A stretch of 52,845 bases of DNA, the filler included, from Stramenopiles sp. TOSAG23-2 (lineage: Eukaryota): the NCBI GenBank assembly GCA_900128395.1. It is 3 parts of 3 records of this genome, joined end to end, with 100 filler letters (N's around TTAATTAATTAA, not from the genome) between each part and the next. Parts side by side here need not be neighbours in the genome. Positions count along the whole stretch, not along the records: positions 17,666 to 35,222 come from LT649638.1; 2 more parts are not named here. The stretch is one strand, 5' to 3'. Shown here piece after piece: positions 19,900 to 30,958 of the stretch (its first letter is position 1; every line of letters starts with the position of its first letter). The position numbers and the translations under genes are program-made. Under the pieces are notes generated by a model, which had not been told where the DNA came from, ran no database searches, and saw only the letters and a program-made list of their open reading frames with translations.

Positions 19900-22800
19900 A
19901 TTTTCACACTTTCATCACTACCTTGTTTTGGATCTTTCTTCTGACCAACCCATTCTTGTTCTTTGATATTTTTTTGCTCTACTTGCTCTTCCTCTTTAAT
20001 ACGTTCATCTTTTGGACTACCAGGCAATGGACCACGATTTTTTGAATCTTCTGCACGTTGATTTAATACTTTTTGATATTTCATATATGCTTTTCTACCA
20101 ATAATATCACGTGGATCTTTTAAATTACCCCAACCATCTAAATGTTTCTCTTCCACTGCCCATGCATCCCGTTTTTTAATTTTTTCATTTGCTATTTTAT
20201 TTAATGCAGGTGTTGAATCTTCAAGACCTTGTACTAATTCTGCACGTGTACGACCAGTACATGCAATAATCATCGTATCCGTCATTTGTTTCAATGTATT
20301 TGCAGTCATAACACCACTACAATCATCTTTATAAAGTGCATCTGATGTCGTCTCTTGTTGATCAACATGTTTTTTTCGTTCAAAAAATTTACTACGATTA
20401 CGATTATATGCATATACTGTACCAACATTTGGATGTCTACCACTTGCATCCCCACCAGGCGAACGTGCAAGACTAACACTTGCTCTTTTCATACTTTTTT
20501 CCATACGTTTCTTTATAAATACATCATCAACTGCTTCCGTTGTTGTACATCCTAAATTATGTGTATCCTGTGTACCCAATGTCCCACCAACTTCACCTGG
20601 TGCAGGTTCAATTGGTATATTATTACCACGGTTATCAAGTTTTTTTTGTATACCATTTAAAATATGATCCTTATCCGTCATCGTTGTTCCATCACCACCA
20701 TCACCACGTGTATTGGCAGGATGAGGTGCACTGTTAACATCTTCTATATTATTTCTTTTACGTGTATTTACATTTTCAACTGGACCAAGATATTGTCCAG
20801 AATATCCTTCATCACATGCACAACCATCACCATTTGTTCTCCATGCACCATGACCTTGGCATATATCAACAGCAGCTGGTTTAAATGTAACGTCACATAT
20901 TGTATTTGCATGTGCTTCATTTCTAACTTCAACATACCATATTTCTTTACGTTCGTTTCGATCAACCCAACGATCTGATCCATCTTGACATCCACATTCA
21001 TTAAAATCTAAATCAATTGCACCATTTAATTCACGTGTATATGGATTTTCTTCAAACCATTCAATACGTTTACGTTGTTCATATGCATCAAGCATTGCCG
21101 TGCCACCATTCATTCGTACTTCACGTACTCTGCGTGTATCGATATATGGCTTTACAAAACCTGTCGGTGGCATTACACCTATAATATGGTGTGTATGTAT
21201 GTATATGTCTATTGTTAGTGTATCCTATTGTTTTTTATAATTGAAGAAAAAAGAAAAGAAAAAGTGTTTTGTCGATGACGTATAATTATATATATATATT
21301 ATATATATATACTTACAAGCTTGTGGATTGATCGATGTATCACCACAATTTTTTCGTAATCTCATAACAAGACCTTCACATCCTTTACCCTTTCTATCTC
21401 TAGTATATAAATTAAAATGTAAATTAAAAGGTGCACGTTCATATGGTGGCATTCTTAATTCATATCGTTTATAACATGTACCAGTAATACTTATTTGGAT
21501 TTCTTGTCCCCATACAATGGAAGTTGGTATATCCATATTTGGATCTGGACAATTCCTTATATCTTCTACAAATTCATCTGTTTTCTTTTCTTCTTTTTTA
21601 TTTGCCGGTGCTTCTTGAACCTGTATTTTTTTCGGTTCTATCTTCTTCTTCTTCGTCGGCGTACTTGCCTCAGCTTCTTTTTTCTTCTTTTTCTCCTTTT
21701 TGTCCATCTTTTTCGGTTGACTACTAAGTTTTAATTTTAAATCAATATCTTTAGGTTTTGCTATATGTCCTATCTGTCCACCTCCTGGTGCACCCGTTGT
21801 TGTTGTTGTTGCTGTTACTTCTTCATCCTCTTTTTTTTTCTTATCTTTTTTCTTTTTTTCCTTCTTTCTTTTTCCCGTTTCTTTACCTTTCTCTTGTGGA
21901 GGAATGACTGTAGTCGTTTGTATATCAATTGGACTTGGAGTTGTCGTCGTTATCGTCGGTAACGTTATATTTTCGCCTGGTTCGTTCATATCAATACCTT
22001 CCGCTTTGATCATTCTATCAACCATTTTTTCAACATTTTGTTTCGTCTGTTTACTTGATTTTCTTACATCATCTAATGCTTTTGCTAATTCTTTTGGATT
22101 TGCATTTCTAAGAGCATCTGTAATTTCATTTGTTGGTGATTCAACAGGGTTAACATAGTTGAATTTAGCTTTTGGTGATGGTGGTGGATCAGGTGCAACA
22201 CGTTTAGCATCTACGTTTTTATCAAATCGATCACCAATTGGTGTTAATGTATCGACATTGTCATCAGTAACTGTTGGTACTAATTCACCTGGATCTGTTG
22301 ATATGTATAATTATATTTTAATTGTCATTGTTAGTATATTTTTCTTATTTTATTGTATATAAATATATATAATATAAATATATATATAATATATATATAT
22401 ATGTATGTATGTATAAAACTTACACTGTGCACCTAAACCATTATAACGAGTTTTCATTTTTGTCTTTAATTCTAAGAAGCTGAGGCCTACATTTCAGTTG
22501 GTGTTTTTATTATCATTTAATAATTTATTCGTATTACCAGCGCAATTTTTACATTTAATTTTATCATCTTCCAACATTAATGATTTTAAATTTTCTAAAT
22601 GTGTTTTATTTTCTGCTGTTTCTTTTTCTAATTGTTGTTTTTTTAATTCATGTGGATCTAAACGATGATTAGTTGAAATCACAATATATTTTGGTCCATA
22701 TGTTGGTTCAGGAAGAATGGTACTACTATTATTACTATTGTTATCGTCCGTATCGTTATTTTTATGTTCTTTTTCTTCAATAAACCCTATTTTCACGTCA

Positions 22801-23474
22801 CCTTCTGCATCTCCACCTTTTGGTACTTGCATTTTACGTTGGGGTTTTGCTTGTACAATTTTCGGTTTTGGTTTGAATGCAGTTGGCGCGGGTCTTGATT
22901 CTTTGTTTCCTGTGCATGGTGTACAATCTAAATCAATATTGACTTGTTGTAACATTTGTTTCACACGTTGGTTAATAACTGAAAGTCGTGTTTGATCAAT
23001 ATCACCAAAACCAGGTGGTGCACCGTTTTTACCATATTTATCAACCCAACAACGATTGACACAATTACGTTTGCAACTATATAATGTTTCACGGCACATA
23101 TCTGGTGCTAAACAAAAATTGTTTTCTGCTTCACCAACACCAGCCATATCATCAATTTCTACGCATTTTTTTTTAGGTGTTTTTTCACCAGCACCTGCAC
23201 TGCCGACCTTATTATTACTTTTGGATGATGATGATGGTGATAGTTCTTCCATTTCTAAAAAGGATGGACTATTTGCTAACCTATTGACTATTTTCATCGA
23301 ACCAACTTTATCATGTACAAGTTGTTTCAATTTTATATTTAATTCTTTTAATTGGTTGTTTTTTAACATCAATTGTTCTAAATTAGTTGTTGATGTTGTT
23401 GTAGTACTTTGTACTATTATCATATTCATTAATAATATTACGGATACTATTATTTTTGTTATCATTTTATACAT
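19812..23474 (-). CDS. Large secreted multi-exon protein (about 1100 aa) with Cys-rich segments and one EGF-like motif
   Basis: Joins ORFs 22494-23474, 21225-22025 and 19812-21173 through GT-AG introns at 22537-22487 (putative, 51 nt), 22423-22295 and 21316-21179; phases checked by hand. Signal peptide MITKIIVSVILLMNMIIVQS, repeated SFLE motif, CQGHGAWRTNGDGCACDEGYSG. Confidence 0.75.
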
Positions 23475-23645
23475 GTTTTTGGAATATGTAATAATGATGA
23501 TGTTATAATAAAAAAAAATTAAAAAAAATGTATATATGTATATATATATAATTTTTTTGTTGTATCTATACGTTTACTATTCTTTTATAGCACTGTATAT
23601 ATATATATGTTCTTTTTTTAAAAATAATACGATATCAATCTGATA

Positions 23646-23857
23646 TCTCTACCACTTCTTCTCTCTGCACTTTCTTCAGTAATTCGATGTTTTTATTGAC
23701 TGGTTTCCGCCCCCCCTTTTTTACGTTCGATTTATAAAATTGTAAAAACAGTCTCTACCACTTCTTCTCTCTGCACTTTCTTCAGTAATTCGATGTTTTT
23801 ATTGACTGGTTTCCGCCCCCCCTTTTTTACGTTCGATTTATAAAATTGTAAAAACAG
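23646..23857 (+). repeat. 106-bp tandem duplication upstream of the secreted-protein gene
   Basis: TCTCTACCACTTCTTCTCTCTGC...TGTAAAAACAG at 23646 and 23752. Confidence 0.9.
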
Positions 23858-24534
23858 TCATTTAACTATTTTAAAAACATACATTTATCATGGAATAAGA
23901 AAACATTGTATTAAAATTATTTGGAGCATAAAATATCCGAATAATGTAGTATAATATTTGTCAATATATTTATATTACGTTATTGACTGTATCAATATTT
24001 ACAGGTAAGAAATTGGATCTAAAACTCCAAATATAAGAATTTCATAGTCATTAGTTCTTCTTAAAACTACCTATCAAGATAGCTTAGTATATTTATTGTT
24101 GTACTTATGTGTAATTATAAAAATGCTAGAAATCGATATTTCATTTTTCATCAGAACTTTTTGCATCTATCATCCTGTGTTTATTGGAATTTTGATGATA
24201 TTTTATTCATATACCGGTTGATCGTTGATACACTAATTATAATGTAGTTTATTCCATATATGAGATCTGGTAGATCTACATTCTTCGTATATTTTATATT
24301 TTATAAATCAGTATACAAAACTAATTGTCATTTCGGTAATATACGGCCACGATCAATATTTTTCACCTGAAATCTTGTTTTTATAGTCATGCTGTGTATA
24401 GTGTATAGTGTATAGGTGGTAGTCTCCTTATAGCACAATAATTTGATTATATACCAGGTAAATAAGACGACACATGAGCTATAAAGCTAAAGCTATACAT
24501 TATGAATAATGATAAGCGAATGCAAAATGATGTA

Positions 24535-24820
24535 TAGCGCAGGTGACATTTAAAATGTCCAATTTCTTCCACGTCCGCCAAGTTCACCTTTGACGAAGTA
24601 AATTTCATCCAATTCTCATTTTTCACCAAAAGTGACTAAAATTATTACATCTCATTCACTTTATATATTAAGTAATATACAAATTAATACATGAAATATA
24701 ATTATTTAGCATGTTTTCGTGATCGATCAAAACGTGCCTAATTTAAGGTAAATATCACGTCGGAGGTGATCTCTCAGCGGAGGTGGAAATTGTTCATTTT
24801 ATAAAATGCCACCTGCTCTA
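24535..24820. mobile_element. MITE / non-autonomous DNA transposon, 286 bp, with ~60-bp imperfect terminal inverted repeats
   Basis: Left TAGCGCAGGTGACATTTAAAATGTCCAATTTCTTCCACGTCCGCCAAGTTCACCTTTGACG vs reverse complement of the right end TAGAGCAGGTGGCATTTTATAAAATGAACAATTTCCACCTCCGCTGAGAGATCACCTCCGACG; AT-rich non-coding interior. Confidence 0.75.
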
Positions 24821-25192
24821 ATTATACACACTATGGCCATGCTATAAGGTATTGTGTTGTTATGGAGTTACATTTAGCATACTACAGCATCACATACATT
24901 TACTTATTGTTTGCTATTTTTAATAATAAGTGCACAAGTATATGCTTCCTCGGGGTACACATTTTGATGTAAACAGTAGATCAGATATATATGTTACACA
25001 TGTGTCATGGATAGTGTGGTGGTGGTTGTTGGAAAATCTAAACGACATTTATTTTAAACCTCAATTTATCTCGTGTATTATCTTCTAGAAATACATACTT
25101 CTGCATCTCTCTCTCTATCTATATATCTATCTCTATCTCTCTCTCTCAATCTGTTTCTACTCGATCATTCAGAATATATATAGATATATAAT

Positions 25193-26380
25193 ATGGGAAG
25201 TGGTGCATCGCGTAATTTAGATACACAACAAATTGCTGCATTGAAACAAGAAGTACAAGGTTTAAAATCTGAAATTAAAGCAAAAGATGTGGAAATGGAT
25301 CGTTTATCTATCATGTCCTTAACTGATAATCCAATTTTTGATTTTAGTGGTAGAACATATAAAAAAATAAAAGTCATTGGAAAAGGTGCATCGGCTGTAT
25401 GTTTTTTAGTTGAACGTGAAAGTGATCAAAAAAAATTTGTAGTCAAACAATTAATGATACCAGTAGAAGAATTAGCGAAGAAACATGGTTTTGCAGATGA
25501 AGTAAAAGTCATGTCACGTTTTGAACATCCAAATATTGTACGTTTATATGATTCATATATCGAAGGTGAAGTATTATTTATTTTAATGGAATATGCTGCT
25601 GGTGGTTCGTTATATGATCAAATTGTAGAAGCAGGGAAAACGCAACAATATTTCGATGAAAAAATCATTTTAAGATGGTTTGTACAAATTATGTTAGCAT
25701 TGAAACATGTACATGATAATAAAATTTTACATCGTGATGTTACTGCGAAAAATGTGTTTATGAGTGGCCAAGGTGATGTTAAACTTGGTGATTTTGGAAT
25801 ATCAAAGCAATTAAGTACACAAACAAATTTAGCATCAACTGTTATTGGTACGCCAAATTATTTATCACCAGAAATATGGCAAGGTCGAGCATATGATGCT
25901 AAAAGTGATGTGTGGGCATTGGGTTGTATATTATGTCAAATGTCAGCATTAAAACAACCATTCACACAGCCCGATTTGCCATCTATGATGAATGCAATAA
26001 CCAACGCACAATATACGCCAGTACCAGATCATTATACTGATATGTTAAAAACATTAGTTGCATCTATAATAAGACCAAAACCACAAGATCGACCAACATT
26101 AGGACAATTAATGCGTGTACGTGTGTTACAAAAATATATTTTACAACATATAGATCAATTTGGTGAGACAAAAGAGACATCTATTGCATTGGCAGGTACA
26201 CAAGTAGTACCACCCAAAAAACCTAGTGGAAATGCTAAATTACGTAGAGGTAATAGTGGCAATGTAAATGATGATGATAATAATAATAATAATAACAATA
26301 CCAATGATGGACCAAAACCACCACCAATGCCAAAAAATGGAAAAGCATTTATACGAAAATCAAGTTCATCTAAGAAGTAA
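25193..26380 (+). CDS. NIMA-related (NEK) Ser/Thr kinase with an N-myristoylation motif and short coiled coil
   Basis: MGSGAS start; IGKGASA, VVK, HPNIV, ILHRDVTAKNVF, VKLGDFGISKQL, TVIGTPNYLSPEI, YDAKSDVWALGC. Confidence 0.92.
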   Translation: MGSGASRNLDTQQIAALKQEVQGLKSEIKAKDVEMDRLSIMSLTDNPIFDFSGRTYKKIKVIGKGASAVCFLVERESDQKKFVVKQLMIPVEELAKKHGFADEVKVMSRFEHPNIVRLYDSYIEGEVLFILMEYAAGGSLYDQIVEAGKTQQYFDEKIILRWFVQIMLALKHVHDNKILHRDVTAKNVFMSGQGDVKLGDFGISKQLSTQTNLASTVIGTPNYLSPEIWQGRAYDAKSDVWALGCILCQMSALKQPFTQPDLPSMMNAITNAQYTPVPDHYTDMLKTLVASIIRPKPQDRPTLGQLMRVRVLQKYILQHIDQFGETKETSIALAGTQVVPPKKPSGNAKLRRGNSGNVNDDDNNNNNNNTNDGPKPPPMPKNGKAFIRKSSSSKK

Positions 26381-26682
26381 AAATATTTTTAAAAAAATGG
26401 TGTGTGTTGTTTGTTTAAAAATAAAAAATTAAAATCCCTCCAAAGAAAAAGTAGAATAAGAGCAACGATCTCTGCATTATATTATGCATAGAATGTACAT
26501 CAACAAAAAAATGCCAAAAAAATGTTTTTACTGTGTGTAGTGTGTGTGCGTGAAAACATACTTTCTGTCAATTTTTTTTTATGAAATTTTTTTTTATAAA
26601 AATTAAAATTAAAATTATTTAATTTTAAATAAAATATAAGGAAACACCGTTTTGGTAGAAATTTTACACATTTTACACTCTT

Positions 26683-27165
26683 CTACAACACCTCACAATC
26701 CTTTCCATCTTTCTTTCCTAATTTTCCCAACTCAACAATATCAATCCATAAATCAACTTCTGGTTTGCTATTTTCTAAAATTTTATATAAATCATTTTGA
26801 AATTGAAGTTCAGATAAATTTCTCAATATAATTGTTACACAATCACGTTGACCTTGTATGGTTTCAAATTCTTTTGCCAATGTACCAATCATTGCTACAC
26901 TTAAATAAAATTTACCTTGGCAACTCATATGTAACATTTCTAACTTTAACATTTCTGAATTTTGACATCGTACTTCTTGTAAAAAACTTTTAAATTCTCG
27001 ATCTGTCAATAATGGTCTTTTACGAAAGTATATTGTTTCGATTTCTAACATTCCTGTTTTTGGTACTTTCCATTCTAATGTATGCGCTTTTTGTGGATCA
27101 ATAATATCAAAGCCATTGTTGTTGTTATTGTTGGATGGGATTATAATATCCCTTGTATTATTATT

Positions 27166-27197
<32 letters not shown>

Positions 27198-30100
27198 TTG
27201 TTGCACTTTTATTTTTCTCATCAACAGTATCACTACCTTCCATTTGTGGTGGTACTTTATTTCCATTTTGATTCATATCTTCACCTCCCATAACAACAAT
27301 ACTATCACCTGCATTCAATATGAAATCACCAACATTTCTATGTTTAATGCTTAAAATATTATCATATCTACCATTATCAACAAATTGTGCATGAAATGTT
27401 TGTGCCATCGTATATTGTCGTTTATCATTCATATCCATCACATATGTTTGACGATACATTCTATTTAAAACTGTGCTTGGAAGATAATATAAATAATCAA
27501 ATTGTAAATATCCTTTTTTTGGTATATACGGTTTACCTTCTATATTTACAAGACGTGCAATTTTTCCATCAATCAATGGACCCCACCACATTTCACCAGG
27601 ATTTCTATTTGCTTGATGAAACAATGTAATTGCTTCATGTCTTTCCACTGGTATGGTTAAATCAAATTCACAAAAATTGGAATAAAAATAAGTAGGATCT
27701 TTAACCGTATAATCAAATGTCAATACACCACTGTTTGGTAAATGAAAATGTTTTTCAATTTGAGTCATTGTATGATTACCAATAACAACACGTTTACGGT
27801 TTATTTTTTTGCTAATTCGCGTTTCATACATTCTTAAATCTTTTCCTTCGCCATCAATTTGCATATTGGCCCATTGATCACGAAAACGTGGTGGATTCCA
27901 TATTTTACTACGATATACTAATGCTGCCAATCGAGTTGCTTCTGCATTTTCTTTCTTTTTATTTAAATTAAATTTATATGGTGTTATATATTTAAATGAT
28001 GGACTTACATAATCAAATTCTAAAATACCAGCACGAGGTAACCATGCTGCCGTATGTACTTGTTCATCGAATTCAAATGGTTCACCTTGAAATGTTTCAT
28101 TTTTCCAATTTTCCCCGACTTCAATGACTGCTAAATTTAATAAACGTTTAGCCATTTCATATTCCGCGCGTATTCTTAAATTCAATTTAAAATGCACACT
28201 AGCGAATTTCTCCTCCCCATGTTTCAAATTGACTGGTTTTTGTCTACCAGCACGATAATCAATTTCAAGTAAACCATCTCGTGGTACGTTCCATTTCTTA
28301 TTTTTACGTGGACGATATACTAAAACTGCTCTATTTAATTTTGCACTAGCCCATCTACCATTTCCCTCAGCAGCTCTTAAACGTAAAAGTTGTGCATATG
28401 CTCTATTTTTCGGAGTATTTAAATTCATTTCGTACATGTAACTTTCATTCATCGGTTTTAAAAACATGTCTTCATTAGCTTGTGGCCCACCTGTACTATC
28501 CGTACCTTTCAATCCTAGAAAATACAATTTGCTAGTACGTCTTGCATCCAGTAATTCTAAAACGCCATTTTCACCCAATGGATTATTGCTAATATCTAAT
28601 GTACGCATGGTTCGACAATATCGTATACCATCTGCAATTGCATATGCAGAATTTGGACCTAATCGATTTTCCGTACAATTGATATGTATTAAACTTTTAC
28701 AACATGCTAAAAATGCGCCAAATACAACACCGCCTTCATCGTTTAAACTATTGTAACTTAAGTCCAATTTTTGTATAGTGGTACTATTTGATATTGCATC
28801 TCCTAAACGATACATACTACGCGCACCAATATTATTCCAACTAACATTTAATGCTTGTATCTTAGGGCATGCGGCAAGTGCTATACATAATGCTTTGCAT
28901 CCTTTATTATTCATTTTGCATTTACTAATATCTAGATTTGTTATATTTGATTTTGTTTTTTTAATAGCTCTTGCAAATAATGGTAAAAAAGCATTACCGA
29001 TACCTGTATTTCCTAAATTTAAAGTAGTCAATCCATCTTTTAATCTAAATCCACGAGATAATGCAACTGCAGTTCTATGGCCTAATTTATTTTTTGATAA
29101 ATTTAATGATCTTAAACGAGCTGTTTTCGTCGTCACTTCACCAATAGCAGCTCCTCCGGTATCATCAATATCACATCCACAGACTGATAATATTTCAATT
29201 CTACAGGTTCTATGTTTCAAACCTTCTGCAAATGCTGTTGCACCTGCAGATCCTAAACGATATTCCGTCATATCTGTATTTGCTTCATTTTGTAAATTAT
29301 GTATGATAGTATTTTTTGGTAATAAATACAATGTTCCACATGCTCTTCTATATTTTTTAACACACGATGCTTCATTTTCAATTGGTTGCAATATTGGGGA
29401 TAATTTTTGTTTTTTAGGCTTGATAATAACTTTCGGTGGAGAGGACATATCGACAATATCGCCAGATGCCATAGCATTTGCATCATCTTCCATCGATGCT
29501 AATAATCCACCCATCATACCACCAAGTGGATTGTCATTTTTTTGTTCTTTGTTCCTAGATGATCTATTGTTATTATTTATATTAATACTGATTTGTATAT
29601 TGCCACTCCTTCCACCACCATCATCAGATGAATCATCTGAATTATCATCATCATCATCATTTGCACCAAATAAATCATCCGAATCTTCACCACCATCATC
29701 AATATCAGAATCACTATTATCTTTTTTTACTTGTTGTTTCTTTTTCTTGCCTTTTTTAAGTTTTTTATCATCTTTCTTTCTAAAACGAGACAATAAACCT
29801 AAATCTAATATTGGTTCATTGATAGTATTTTTCAACAAAAACAATATAAGTTTACTTTTAAATGAACTGCCCACAATTGCTTGTATAATTTTATCTTCAA
29901 AAATTTGTATTTCCTTTACATTATTATTTAGATCACGATACAATAGCCATAAATCTTTAAATGATTCAATAGAGAATATACTACATAGATGTCTTGCTTG
30001 ATATATATCCAATCCATATGCTTCACGAGCATTTGTTGGTACTGGATTTTTAATACCAAGTTTTTCTTTAATACTTAAAGCAGTAACCAAAGGTTCATCG

Positions 30101-30348
30101 AAATAATAATGTCTACATATACACGCATCTATTAATTGACGGATATCAGCTACTACAGTGACTAAACCATCCGGTGTGCCAGTAATTTTTATCGTACGTT
30201 GCGATGGTTCTTTTTTATCTGGTATTTTTGGTATGGCAAACATGACACCTCGTTTTTCACGTATATCTGAAATAGTCTCTCCATCACGGTTTATTATTGC
30301 ACCAGAATAATAAATGGTATCTGGTGTGGTTATAGTTGTTGATTGCAT
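26683..30348 (-). CDS. Leucine-rich repeat (RI-like) protein with an N-terminal KH-like domain, internal repeats and a DUF4476-like C-terminus
   Basis: About nine 28-aa LRRs (LNLSKNKLG, LDLSYNSLND, LDISNNPLG); N-terminal GAIINRDGETISDIREKRG...RTIKITGTPDG; repeated GE.W...P..G.LE.DY units. Confidence 0.85.
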
Positions 30349-30958
30349 TTTAGGTTATTTTTAGACAAAAAGTTATAGCGAGAAGAAATTGAAGATACTT
30401 CGTGATTACTTGTTGATGGGACACCGGTCAACAAAGTGAAGAAAAAAGACACAATTATCAGCAAAGGTCATTGAACAATGAATATTTTATTATCTCTAAT
30501 ATTGCAATTGTATATAAATGTATATAAATGCATTATAATGTTTGTTGTTTATATATATATCACATATCACTGTGTACCGTTATTACATGTTGTTGTACCT
30601 GGTATGGTGTATGGTGGCACTATACTATGCTACTATGTATTACCAGGTATAATTAATTTATTTATAATAGTTATTTTTTAGAACTACACAGTATTAGAAA
30701 AAATGCTGCAGCCTTTTATTTCTTCTTGTTATAATATTGTGCTTTTAAATTTTAATATATTTATTAAAAATAATAATAATAATAATGATGGATGATGGAA
30801 AAAAGCCTGGAAAGCTTCCCCAGCTTTATATGTATTAATATATATATATATTATACATACATTATTTAGTATTTACGCATATAATAGCAAACAGTATTCT
30901 TCCTTGTTATACATTCAATTCATACCTTACCAATCCAGCTACACAAACTAAAACGACT

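Noticed and set aside
1754..22496. TGA reassignment or selenocysteine, suggested by two in-frame AAC-TGA-AA contexts
   Set aside because: TGA ends intact genes here (6100, 34843, 49322). The GT25 copy is otherwise decayed, the second TGA can be removed by an intron, and no SECIS was recognised.
28778..30001. 407-aa plus-strand ORF and other long antisense ORFs (6959-7819, 14541-14984, 23056-23508, 38243-38806)
   Set aside because: They are shadows of real genes on the opposite strand and have no recognisable motifs.
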